A stretch of DNA of 64,000 nucleotides from an uncultured Bordetella sp. GTDB lineage: Bacteria; Pseudomonadota; Gammaproteobacteria; Burkholderiales; SG8-41. The position numbers were made by a program, and so were the translations under genes. Shown in pieces: positions 54,037 to 62,942 of the stretch. Numbering within the stretch: the stretch's first letter is position 1; each line of letters begins with the position of its first letter. The stretch is from NCBI GenBank assembly GCA_964433345.1, contig CAYSQJ010000005.1, positions 40,440 to 104,439 on the forward strand. Reading direction: 5' to 3'. The notes below the pieces were generated by a model, which was given only the letters and a program-made list of their open reading frames with translations, was not told the origin of the DNA and made no database searches.

Positions 54037-57000
54037 TCAGGGGCGCAGCAGGGGATCGCGCAAGGTACCGGTAATGCCGAGATTGCCCCGTGCCACCACC
54101 AGTCCGCGTGACCCGAGTTCGGCGTTGACGCGGCCTGCCAGCGCACTGTCTGCGCTGATGTTGAGCGCGCCACTGGCATTCAGCGGGCCGGAGGTGAGCT
54201 GCAGCTGCTTGTAGGCATAGCGGCCGTTGCTGGCGCTGAGTGCGCCGCCGAGCGTGTCGAAACGGGTTTTGCCGCCCCGGGTCCCGCTGGCAGTCGGCGA
54301 CTGGATGGCGCGGACCAGGTCGACGTTGTTCAATTCGCCGGTGCTGACGGTGAAGGACAGTTCCGCCGCGCTGCCGTCAAAAAGGGTTTTCAGATCCTTG
54401 CCCTGGAGTGCATAGCTGCCGTTGGCACTGACCGAGCCGGTGGCCGAGAAGTCGCGCGTGTAAGCCCTCAGCAGGTCCTGCAGCCTTCCGTTCTCGAGGC
54501 TGAATTCGCCCTCGACGCTGATGCCCGATTCCCAGGCGGCCTTCAGCGCGCCCTTGACACGGCCGCCGCCGACCCGGCCGTCGATGCTGCTGACGGTGGC
54601 CTGTCTGCCGCTGATCTGCACCGAGGCCGAGAGGTCGCTGAATTGCAGCTCGGGTCCCAGCGGCAGCAGCCACTCACGAGCCTGGATGTTCAGCGCCAGG
54701 CCCTTGTCATTCGGGGTCAGTTCGACCACCAGCTTGCCGTCCTGCATGCGCATTCTCTGCATCGCGCCGTTGCGACCGAAGCTGAGGGTCGCGTCAAACT
54801 GCGGAACATCGAGCGGCATCCCGCTGACCTTGACGCCGGTCATCCGCAGCTGACGTACCTGCAGTTCCGCGCCGTCGACGCCCCTGGCCAGCGCCGGCAG
54901 CAGCTGTGCGCCGGCGGCGTCCATGCTGACCGCATTGGCGGTGACGGTGTCGAACTCGCGCGCGCCGAGCAGCAGGCTCCAGGGCATCATCGGGATGTTC
55001 ACCGTGTCGGCCTTGATCTGCTGCGTGCTGCCGATGCTGATCCGCTCCAGCCGCAGCACCTGCTCGGGATATACCGTGTAGCGCATGTTGGCGATGCGCA
55101 CCGGCTGGCCCAGGCGCTGTGAAACGAGATCCTGCACGGCGGGTATCTGCGCCGTCAGCGGCATCAGCTGCAGGGCGGCGAGGCCGACAACGAGGATCAG
55201 TACCAGGACGACGACGGCGATCAGACCCTTGCGGCGCGGCTTGCGGTCGGCGCGGAAGGTGGAGGCGGCATCGCGCGCCTCGGACTCCATGCGCAGCTTG
55301 CGGTCGGCGGCCGCGGCCTTTGCGCGTTCCTCGGCTTCGGCGCGGTAACGCGCATCCGCCTCGGCCTCGGCGCGAGCCCGTGCCCGCAGCTCTTCCTCGA
55401 CCCGCGACTTGACGGTCTTCTCGGCGTTCTCGCGCAGTTCCTGTTCGCGCACGACGCGTGCCACCGCCTCGGTCTTCGCGCGCTCCTCGGCCTCCGCCCG
55501 TGCCTTGCGCTCCGCTTCCATTTGCGCCTTGGCCTTGGCCACTGCGGCCTCGGCAAGCGCCGCGCGCTGTTCGGCTTCTTCCCGCGCGCGCTTGATCTCG
55601 GCGCTTTCGCCGGCTGCGGCCTGGCGGGCGAGGCGTTCGGCATCCTCGCGCGCCTTCTGTGCAATCTCCAACTGGCGGTCGGCTTCCTCGCGCGCCTTGC
55701 GTTCGGCAACAGTGCGCGCTGCTATCTCGGCCTGCGCCTTTTTCTCGGCCTCTTCGCGCTTGCGGCGCTCTTCCTCTATGACCGCTTCGACTTCGGCACG
55801 GGCCTTCTGCTCGGCCTCGGCCTGCGCCTTGCGCACGGCTTCCTCGCGCAGCTCGCGCTCGGCGGTCACCTTGGCTTCGGCGGCCTCGCGGGCGCGGCGT
55901 TCTTCGGCCACCCGCGATTCCATTTCCTCGCGGGCACGGCGTTCTTCCTCGGCACGCGCTTCGGCTTCGGCGGCCGCCTTGCGCGACTGTTCCTGCAGCT
56001 GGCGCAGTTCCGCCTTTGCCTTGGCTTCGGCCTCGGCGCGTGCCTTGTGTGCGATCTCTTCGGCCTGCCGCCGCTGTTCCTCTTCGCGCTGGCGGGCTTC
56101 GGCTTCGGCTTTTGCACGCGCCTCCGCTGCCGCACGCGCCTCCGCTTCCATGCGTGCCTTCGCCTTGGCTTCCTCAAGTGCCTTCATCGCAGCGGCGGCC
56201 TTGGCCTGAGCCTCGGGATCCGATCCCTGGGTGGCCCGTGCTTCGGCAGCGGCCTTGGCACGGGCAGCTTCCTCGGCCATCTGCCGCGCCTGGGCGACCG
56301 CCGATTCCGCAGCGCGGGCGCGTGCTTCGGCTTCCTCGAGCGCCTTGCGCTCGGCTTCCAGGCGCGACTTGATTTCCGCTTCCATGCGCTGGCGGGCCTC
56401 GGCTTCGCGTTTCGCCGAGTCCTGGGCGCGGGCGAGGGCTTCCGCCATGGCCTTCATTTGCGCCTCGAGTGCCTCGCGCGCCCGGGTTTCCGCCGCGGCG
56501 TGTGCGTTGGCTTCCGCCTCGGCCTTCTCCTGGGCCTCGGCTTCGGCCTTGGCGTGTGCTTCCGCGGTGGCCTTCGCCAGCGCATCGGCTTTGGCGCGCG
56601 CTTCCGCCTCGGCGCGTGCCCTGGCTTCCGCGGCGGCCTTGTTCGAGGCTTCCTGTGCGAGCTTGAGTCGGGCCTCGGCTGCTGCCTTGGCGGCGGCATC
56701 GGCAGCTGCCTTGCTTTCGGCTTCGGCCCGGGTGCGTGCTTCGGCTGCGGCTTTGGCGGCAATGTCGGCCTTGGCCTTGGCTTCCGCCTCGGCTTTCAGC
56801 CGGGCTTCGGCAGCAGCGCGGGCCTGGGCCTCCGCCTGCTGCCTTGCCTTGGCTTCCATTGCCGCTTTTGCCGCAGCCTGGGCGCGGGCCTTGGCCTCGG
56901 CTTCCTTCTGCTTGCGCTGCTCGGCCTCGGCATTGATCTTCGCGACGGCGTCGGGCGAGGTGAAGTCGAGGTCCATTTCGCCCTCATCCGCCGGCGGGGG

Positions 57001-57291
57001 CGGCGCGGCGGCCGGGCGCGCGGCGCCGGGTACTGCAACTGCCGCCGGTTTTGCAGCCGGTGCGGCGGCGGGCGTGGAAAATACCTTGACGTAGCCGGAC
57101 TTGGTCAGATCATCGAGTATGGCTTCGACGTCTTTGGCGTCGAGCTTGCTCTTGGCGACCAGTTCGGCGACCGTGGACTTGCCGTCCACCGAAAGAAAAA
57201 CGTTTCCGGAGTTGCGGTCAAGTTTGGCGGTCTTGTTCTTGAAATCGAGAACGCCCTTGGAAGTCTTGGCGAAGACGGTTTGCGGGTGCAT
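54037..57291 (-). CDS. 1084-aa bitopic protein: N-terminal wHTH-like module, ~565-aa A/E/R/K-rich helical region, one TM, AsmA-like periplasmic C-terminal domain
   Basis: Single long ORF with no signal peptide. KPRRKG precedes the TM GLIAVVVLVLILVVGLAALQLM (55162-55227). The C-terminal 374 aa carry AsmA-like blocks (GKTRFDTLGGALSASNGRY, LNASGALNISADS). Confidence 0.75.
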   Translation of the reverse strand: MHPQTVFAKTSKGVLDFKNKTAKLDRNSGNVFLSVDGKSTVAELVAKSKLDAKDVEAILDDLTKSGYVKVFSTPAAAPAAKPAAVAVPGAARPAAAPPPPADEGEMDLDFTSPDAVAKINAEAEQRKQKEAEAKARAQAAAKAAMEAKARQQAEAQARAAAEARLKAEAEAKAKADIAAKAAAEARTRAEAESKAAADAAAKAAAEARLKLAQEASNKAAAEARARAEAEARAKADALAKATAEAHAKAEAEAQEKAEAEANAHAAAETRAREALEAQMKAMAEALARAQDSAKREAEARQRMEAEIKSRLEAERKALEEAEARARAAESAVAQARQMAEEAARAKAAAEARATQGSDPEAQAKAAAAMKALEEAKAKARMEAEARAAAEARAKAEAEARQREEEQRRQAEEIAHKARAEAEAKAKAELRQLQEQSRKAAAEAEARAEEERRAREEMESRVAEERRAREAAEAKVTAERELREEAVRKAQAEAEQKARAEVEAVIEEERRKREEAEKKAQAEIAARTVAERKAREEADRQLEIAQKAREDAERLARQAAAGESAEIKRAREEAEQRAALAEAAVAKAKAQMEAERKARAEAEERAKTEAVARVVREQELRENAEKTVKSRVEEELRARARAEAEADARYRAEAEERAKAAAADRKLRMESEARDAASTFRADRKPRRKGLIAVVVLVLILVVGLAALQLMPLTAQIPAVQDLVSQRLGQPVRIANMRYTVYPEQVLRLERISIGSTQQIKADTVNIPMMPWSLLLGAREFDTVTANAVSMDAAGAQLLPALARGVDGAELQVRQLRMTGVKVSGMPLDVPQFDATLSFGRNGAMQRMRMQDGKLVVELTPNDKGLALNIQAREWLLPLGPELQFSDLSASVQISGRQATVSSIDGRVGGGRVKGALKAAWESGISVEGEFSLENGRLQDLLRAYTRDFSATGSVSANGSYALQGKDLKTLFDGSAAELSFTVSTGELNNVDLVRAIQSPTASGTRGGKTRFDTLGGALSASNGRYAYKQLQLTSGPLNASGALNISADSALAGRVNAELGSRGLVVARGNLGITGTLRDPLLRP

Positions 57292-57450
57292 GGCTTAACA
57301 CCGTGATTTGTTGGACAGTTTTGTCGAAGGCCGGCTGCTGGCGCGGCTCCCCGCCTCCCGCGGGTCCACGATTCGGCCGTGGCGGCAGCGGGCGTTCCCG
57401 GCATTGCAAGTGCCGGAACATTATAGTTACTATAGCCCGATACAACAAAA

Positions 57451-58419
57451 ATGATGCTTATGCGGCCTGATCCACTTTCCGTCGCTGCAGACGGGCGCCA
57501 TGCCTCGCGCGATGTCACCAATCAGGTCGACACCACCGATCCGCTCCCCGTTTCTTTCGAAATCGCGCAGATCTACGAGCGGCTGTATCGTCGCGAGTTT
57601 CCCTCCGGACTGCTGCGCGTGTTCGCCGATATCGGGCGCCTGTACCGCGGCGAGTTTCCCGGCTACCACGCCTGCGAGACCGACTACCACGACATACAGC
57701 ACATCCTCGAAGTGACGCTGGCGATGGCGCGGCTGATGGATGGCTGTGCGCGCTCGACCAGTCCCCTGGTCATGAGCGAGCGCCTGTTCCAGCTCGGCAC
57801 GGTGAGCGCGCTGTTCCACGACATCGGCTACCTGCGCCGGCGCGACGATACCGAGAAGCGGCATGGCGCGGAGTACACGCGCACCCACGTCGGCCGCGGC
57901 GCCGAGTTCATGTCCTGGTACCTGCCGGAGGTGGGACTCGATGAGTTGGCCGATCCGGCTGCGCGGATCGTGCATTTCACCGGCTACGAAGTGCCGGTCA
58001 ACAGCATCCGCATTGATCCGCAGTACCGGATGGTCGGCAACCTGCTCGGCAGCGCCGACATCCTTGCGCAGATGGCGGACCGCTGCTACCTCGAGAAGTG
58101 CCATGATCGCCTGTACCCGGAGTTCGTGCTCGGCGGCATCGCGCGGCAGATCGACGACAAGGGCGAGGAAAAAGTGGTATTCGAGTCCCCGGCCGACCTG
58201 ATATTCAAGACACCGGGGTTTTTCACCGGTGCCCGCAAGCGTCTGGAGCAGGACCTCGCCGGCGTCTACCGTTTCGTCGACCGGCATTTCGAGGGGCAGA
58301 ACCTGTATTACGCCTTCGCGCGCCGGAACATCGATTACGCGCGGACCATTGCCGAGGCCCGCGACATTACGCTGTTGCGCCGCAAGCTGCCGGACAGCGG
58401 CTTCGCCGAAGCCGCCTGA
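57451..58419 (+). CDS. HD-domain phosphohydrolase-like protein
   Basis: 322 aa. Contains H...HD (YHDIQHILEV, ALFHDIGYL). Divergent from the 1084-aa gene. Confidence 0.65.
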   Translation: MMLMRPDPLSVAADGRHASRDVTNQVDTTDPLPVSFEIAQIYERLYRREFPSGLLRVFADIGRLYRGEFPGYHACETDYHDIQHILEVTLAMARLMDGCARSTSPLVMSERLFQLGTVSALFHDIGYLRRRDDTEKRHGAEYTRTHVGRGAEFMSWYLPEVGLDELADPAARIVHFTGYEVPVNSIRIDPQYRMVGNLLGSADILAQMADRCYLEKCHDRLYPEFVLGGIARQIDDKGEEKVVFESPADLIFKTPGFFTGARKRLEQDLAGVYRFVDRHFEGQNLYYAFARRNIDYARTIAEARDITLLRRKLPDSGFAEAA

Positions 58420-58446
58420 GGCGGCTTTTTTTATTCCGGCCGCCGC

Positions 58447-59442
58447 TCAGGCGACCTTCAGCAGGATTTTCCCGGTGTGCTGGCTGGATTCCATCAGCGC
58501 ATGTGCCTTCGCCGCATCAGCCAGCGGCAGCGCGCTGTGGGTGACCACGCGGATCTTGCCGGCGGCGATCAGCGGCCACACCTGTGATTCCAGTTCACGC
58601 GCGATGCGTGCCTTGAAGGCGTCCGGTCGCGTGCGCAGCGTCGAGCCGGTGTAGACCAGGCGCTTGAGCATCACCGGCATCAGGTTGATTTCCACCTTGG
58701 AGCCGGCACCGAAAGCGAGCTGGATGATGCGCGCGTCATGGCTAGCCGCCTTGAAATTCTTTTCGATGTTGGGGCCGCCGACGATGTCGAGGATCACGTT
58801 GGCGCCGCCTTCGCCGCGCACGACTTCGACGAAATCCTCGGAGCGATAGTCGACGACGCGGTCCGCGCCCAGATCCTTGCAGATCCGGCAGCGCGCTTCC
58901 GGGCTGTCGGTGGCGATGACTTTTGCGCCGAAAGCCTTGCCGAGCTGGATGCAGGTGGTGCCGATGCCGCCGGCGCCGCCGTGGACGAGGAAGGTTTCGC
59001 CGGCCTTGAGTCCGGCGCCGATGAAGACGTTGCTCCAGACCGTGAAATAGGTTTCAGGCAGGCCGGCCGCGTCCACCATGTCCAGCCCCTCGGGCACGGC
59101 GAGGCAGTGTTCGGCATCGACGGCGACGTATTCGGCGTAACCGCCGCCATTGGTGAGGGCGACCACGCGGTCGCCGGTTTTCCAGCGCTTCGCGTTGGCG
59201 CCCAACGCGACGACGGTGCCTGACACTTCGAGACCCGGCAGGTCGGAGGCGCCGGCGGGGGCAGGGTAGAGGCCCTTGCGCTGCATGATGTCGGGACCGT
59301 TGATGCCGGCAGCAACGACCTTGACCAGCACTTCATGCGGTTTCGGCACCGGCAGCGGGCGGGTGACGGGTTTCAGGACTTCGGGGCCGCCGGGCGCGGA
59401 AATTTCGACGGCTTGCATGGTTGCGGGCAGTGTATTGCTCAT
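58447..59442 (-). CDS. NAD(P)H:quinone oxidoreductase (MDR, PIG3/Qor-like)
   Basis: ORF 58447..59526. ATG at 59442. Blocks VKVVAAGINGPD and FLVHGGAGGIGTTCIQLGKAFGAKV. Confidence 0.8.
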   Translation of the reverse strand: MSNTLPATMQAVEISAPGGPEVLKPVTRPLPVPKPHEVLVKVVAAGINGPDIMQRKGLYPAPAGASDLPGLEVSGTVVALGANAKRWKTGDRVVALTNGGGYAEYVAVDAEHCLAVPEGLDMVDAAGLPETYFTVWSNVFIGAGLKAGETFLVHGGAGGIGTTCIQLGKAFGAKVIATDSPEARCRICKDLGADRVVDYRSEDFVEVVRGEGGANVILDIVGGPNIEKNFKAASHDARIIQLAFGAGSKVEINLMPVMLKRLVYTGSTLRTRPDAFKARIARELESQVWPLIAAGKIRVVTHSALPLADAAKAHALMESSQHTGKILLKVA

Positions 59443-59458
59443 GATGTTTTCGATTCCT

Positions 59459-60184
59459 TTATTTTCCGGATTCCCGGTATCTGCGGATGCGTTCCTTGAG
59501 CCCCGGTGTACTGACGGAGCGGGCAAGTTCGGCCATGTCTTCGGCGCGGCTGTCCACGACGGTGCGGCGATGCAGGGCGGCGGCAGCGGCTGGCGTCAGT
59601 GTATCGGCCGCGGACTGCGCATCGGCGATCAATGAAGGCCAGTCCTGCCGCGCGGCCACGTGCGTCAGGAAACCGTCGGCGAGGGCGGTGTCGGCATCGA
59701 AGCTGCGCGAGTTGGACAGGATGTCGCGGGCGCGGTCGGCGCCGATGCGCTGCGCCAGGCGACGCGTGCCGAGCACCACGCCGAAGCGCAGGCCCGGCAT
59801 GCGGAAGATCGTACCGGGTTCGGCCACACGCAGGCCACAGCTGGCGACGAGGTCGGCGCCGGCACCAAACACACGGCCGTGGGCCAGTGCCAGTGTCTCA
59901 TGCGGTGCGTGATACAGCGCCTGCAGCAGGGTCTCGATGCGGATGAAGCGCAGCGCGAGATCGCCTTCGCTCTGTGCCTGGACATCCGTGAAATCAAAGC
60001 CGGCGCAGAAATGCGGACCGGCGCCTTCAAGGATCAGCAGCCGCGTGCCGTCGGTGGCGGCGTACTCGACGGCGTCGAGCAGCGCTTCGACCAGCGACGC
60101 TGACAGCGCGTTGGCTTTCTGCGGCCGGTTCAGCGTCAGTCGCGTGACATGACCGTCGTGGCTGCGCAGCAGTTCGTCGCTCAT
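59459..60184 (-). CDS. enoyl-CoA hydratase/isomerase (crotonase) family protein
   Basis: 241 aa. LNRPQKANAL, GAGPHFCAGFD and GRVFGAGADL blocks. Confidence 0.8.
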   Translation of the reverse strand: MSDELLRSHDGHVTRLTLNRPQKANALSASLVEALLDAVEYAATDGTRLLILEGAGPHFCAGFDFTDVQAQSEGDLALRFIRIETLLQALYHAPHETLALAHGRVFGAGADLVASCGLRVAEPGTIFRMPGLRFGVVLGTRRLAQRIGADRARDILSNSRSFDADTALADGFLTHVAARQDWPSLIADAQSAADTLTPAAAAALHRRTVVDSRAEDMAELARSVSTPGLKERIRRYRESGK

Positions 60185-60204
60185 GGAAGGTGACTTAAAG
60201 GCAT

Positions 60205-60312
60205 GGCCACAGAGGGCACAGAGAAAAAACCGAGAACACAGAGGAATTCATCTTGGGGCGCGGCATTTTGCTGCTTCGGTTTTTCTCTGTGTCCTCTGTG
60301 GCTGCTTTTGAC
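60205..60312. repeat. Word-periodic palindrome built from CACAGAG words (homologue of 28645-28769, inverted)
   Basis: GGCCACAGAGGGCACAGAGAAAAAACCG ... CGGTTTTTCTCTGTGTCCTCTGTGGCTGCTTTTGAC. Lies between the mdo-like stop and the crotonase start. Confidence 0.8.
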
Positions 60313-60323
60313 TTTCTTATTCT

Positions 60324-60938
60324 TCATCCCTGAATCCCTGCACGCACTTCCGCCGAGCGGTCCCAGAAGTTCGGCAGTTGCGGGCTCGAGTAGCCGGAGA
60401 CAAAGGGTTTTTCGGCGCCGGTCGCCGGATCGAAAACATGGCGGCTGACGGCGCCGATGTTGGCGCCGTAGACGTGGATGCTGATCGACGGCCGGTCGGC
60501 CAGCGCGTTGGAGACCTCGTGGATGTCGCCCACCGTTGGCGACACGCGGTCGACCTGGCCCGGCAGCAGGCGCTCGGTCTCCCCGGCTTCCATGGGTTGG
60601 CCGGGTCCGGTGTGCGAGTAGCGCCGCGCGTTCTCGGCGCCGCGCATCATGCCGACCAGTCCCCATACGGTGTGATTGTGCACGGGGGTTTTCTGGCCGG
60701 GCCCCCAGACGAAGCTCACTACCGAAAAGCGTTCCAGAGGATCGCAGTGCAGCAGGTACTGCTGGTAGAACTGCGGGTGCGGCTGCGCGCATTCATCGGG
60801 CAGCCAGTCGTCGTGTTTGATCAGATCACCGAGCAGGCGGCCGCCTTCCTCGTGCATGATTTTTTCGTCATGCCCGCTGCGTTCGACGAGTCGGGTCATT
60901 TCACTGATGAAATGGCGGAAGCGTGCCGTGTTTTTCAT
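60324..60938 (-). CDS. mdo: 3-mercaptopropionate dioxygenase-like thiol dioxygenase (cysteine dioxygenase family)
   Basis: ORF 60324..61091. ATG at 60938 (ATGA overlap). Collinear with P. aeruginosa PA2602 as I recall it (DDWLPDECA, YQQYLLH, RFSVVSFVWGPGQKTPVHNH, SISIHVYGANIGAV, KPFVSGYS). Confidence 0.75.
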   Translation of the reverse strand: MKNTARFRHFISEMTRLVERSGHDEKIMHEEGGRLLGDLIKHDDWLPDECAQPHPQFYQQYLLHCDPLERFSVVSFVWGPGQKTPVHNHTVWGLVGMMRGAENARRYSHTGPGQPMEAGETERLLPGQVDRVSPTVGDIHEVSNALADRPSISIHVYGANIGAVSRHVFDPATGAEKPFVSGYSSPQLPNFWDRSAEVRAGIQG

Positions 60939-62077
60939 GATTTGTCCTTGAGTTCGGAAAGCACTTCTTCGGTATGCGCGCCCAGCGCCGGCGGTCCGCG
61001 GCGCACGCCCAGGCGCTGCCCCGAGACATGCTGCGGTGAAATTACCGTCTTGCTGGCGACGCCGTTGGGCATTTGCAGGTCCTGCACCCACTCCATGTGT
61101 TTGACCTGCGGGTCAGCCAGCACCTGCGAATAATTGTACAGCGGCGCGCAGGGCACGCCGCGGGCGTTCATCCGTGCCAGCAGGTCGGCGGCGTCGTGCT
61201 TGATGAACTCCGCCTCCAGCAGCTCGCGCAATGCGTCCTGGTGCTGTGCGCGCAACGACGGCGACGTGAAGCGCGCGTCCTGCGTCAGATCGCTCCTGCC
61301 GATCACTTCGCAGGCGGCCTCCCACAGCTTGTTGGTGCCGGCGGCCAGCGCGAAATAACCGTCGCGGCAGCAGAATGCGGCATAGGGTGCATTCATCGGA
61401 TGCGCGGAGCCCAGCCGCACCGGATCGCGCCCGGTGCCGAACAGCTCGCTGGTCTGCAGGTTGGCGATGCCGAGCATGGCTCCAAGCATCGAAACATCGA
61501 CGTAATCGCCGTGGCCGGTGCCGCGGGCCTTGTGCAGTGCGGCTGCGGCGCTGAATGCCGCATAGAGGCCGGCCGAAAAGTCGGCGATCGGTATTCCGCA
61601 TTTCGCGGGACGGCCGTCGCGCTCGCCGGTGACGCTCATCACACCGCTCATCGCCTGCACCGTCATGTCGAAGCCGCCGTCGCCGGCGCGCGGCCCGCTC
61701 TGGCCGAAGGCGGAGACCGAGCAATAGACGAGTGCGGGATGCTCCTTCACCAGCGTCGCGTAATCGAGCCCGAATTTCGCCATCACGCCGGGGCGGAAAT
61801 TCTCGAGCAGGATATCGGCCGACAGCGCGAGGCGGCGTGCGTCGGCGCGTCCTGCATCGGTCTTCAGATCAAGCACGATCGAGCGCTTGTTGCGGTTGAC
61901 CGAGGCGAAATACTGGCTGTAGCCGTCGAGGATCGGCGGCCACTGCCGCATCAGGTCGCCCTCGGGCGATTCGACCTTGATCACGTCGGCGCCCATGTCG
62001 GCGAGCAGGCAGCCGGCGAACGGACCGGCCAGCACCTGGCAGAACTCGATGACGCGTATGCCTTGCAGGGGAAGCAT
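60935..62077 (-). CDS. family III (CaiB/BaiF) CoA-transferase
   Basis: 380 aa. N-terminus LQGIRVIEFCQVLAGPFAGCLLADMGADVIKVE is typical of the family. Confidence 0.8.
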   Translation of the reverse strand: MLPLQGIRVIEFCQVLAGPFAGCLLADMGADVIKVESPEGDLMRQWPPILDGYSQYFASVNRNKRSIVLDLKTDAGRADARRLALSADILLENFRPGVMAKFGLDYATLVKEHPALVYCSVSAFGQSGPRAGDGGFDMTVQAMSGVMSVTGERDGRPAKCGIPIADFSAGLYAAFSAAAALHKARGTGHGDYVDVSMLGAMLGIANLQTSELFGTGRDPVRLGSAHPMNAPYAAFCCRDGYFALAAGTNKLWEAACEVIGRSDLTQDARFTSPSLRAQHQDALRELLEAEFIKHDAADLLARMNARGVPCAPLYNYSQVLADPQVKHMEWVQDLQMPNGVASKTVISPQHVSGQRLGVRRGPPALGAHTEEVLSELKDKS

Positions 62078-62155
62078 GGTGGATTGCGATGGGTTGACGG
62101 GGCGCGGGGACCCGTGAATTTCAGGTTCCTATGCTAGCACGCACACCGCAGAGCT

Positions 62156-62884
62156 TCAGCCCTTGACGGCCGCAGAAAAACGTCCGCGCTTGTCGAGCAG
62201 CTCGAGAGCCTGCCGTTCGCGACCGGTCATCGGCAGCGCCGCCTTTGCCGCGCCGTAGTCGAAGCGGAATCCGGTGCGGGCGACGATGTCTTCAACCGTT
62301 GTTTGCGGATTGAAGGTATCAAGACGGAAGCGCGAACCGGCTTTCGGCTCGCGCAGAAAAACCGCCAGCGGCGTCACCAGCGCCGTCATGTTGCCGGAGG
62401 CGGTGACAAAATCGAGTTTGTCGACCAGCGCGCGCGGCGTGTGGTCGGTGCGCCAGGTGACGACGCGTTTTGCGGTCGGCAGCATCACTGCCGCGCCGCC
62501 GCCGCCGGGCAGGCGCACTTTCGGATTTTCCCAGGAGCCGATCGCCGAGACATTGGTGCGGCCTTCGGCGTCGATCTGCGCACAGCCGAGATAAACGAGG
62601 TCGAGGCCGCCGCGCGCACAGAGATCGTAGAAATCCTGGTTGGCGAAAATCGCCGGCGAGCCGTGGACGATCGCCGGATCGCTGCTCGACAACGGCACTT
62701 CTACCGGTTGCGGCTCGACGCCGCCGGCTACATTGATGTAGGTGAACGGAAAATCGTAGGCGCGTTTCGCCAGCAGGCAGGCGAGCATCGGCAGCGTGGA
62801 GTTGACGCCGCTGAAGGTGATTTCGCCGGCGCGGATCTGGCGCGCGAGATTGACGACGATGAAGGAGAGGGGCGTCCAGTTCAT
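62156..62884 (-). CDS. two-subunit CoA-transferase, beta (B) subunit (glutaconate/3-oxoacid CoA-transferase-like)
   Basis: 242 aa. Blocks LGCAQIDAEGRTN and LPGGGGAAV are typical of B subunits. Confidence 0.75.
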   Translation of the reverse strand: MNWTPLSFIVVNLARQIRAGEITFSGVNSTLPMLACLLAKRAYDFPFTYINVAGGVEPQPVEVPLSSSDPAIVHGSPAIFANQDFYDLCARGGLDLVYLGCAQIDAEGRTNVSAIGSWENPKVRLPGGGGAAVMLPTAKRVVTWRTDHTPRALVDKLDFVTASGNMTALVTPLAVFLREPKAGSRFRLDTFNPQTTVEDIVARTGFRFDYGAAKAALPMTGRERQALELLDKRGRFSAAVKG

Positions 62885-62942
62885 GTTGTGAGTATATGTT
62901 CGAGCTGTGGCTGCTTTCCTGCCAGCACTCCGAGGTTTTTAT

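Noticed and set aside
55409-57306. Several long plus-strand ORFs (55409..56209, 55522..57306, 56231..57094) with Ala/Ser/Arg/Gly/Leu-rich products
   Set aside because: They are antisense artefacts of the GCN/GAR/CGN-rich repeat that encodes the A/E/R/K helix of 54037..57291. The minus-strand frame alone is continuous for 1084 codons and ends in a structured domain.
9333-60312. Possibility that the short tandem-word repeats are CRISPR arrays
   Set aside because: The repeat units are only 7-9 nt with 0-3 nt between them. The arrays are palindromic and under 130 nt long. There are no spacers of 25-40 nt and no cas genes in the window.
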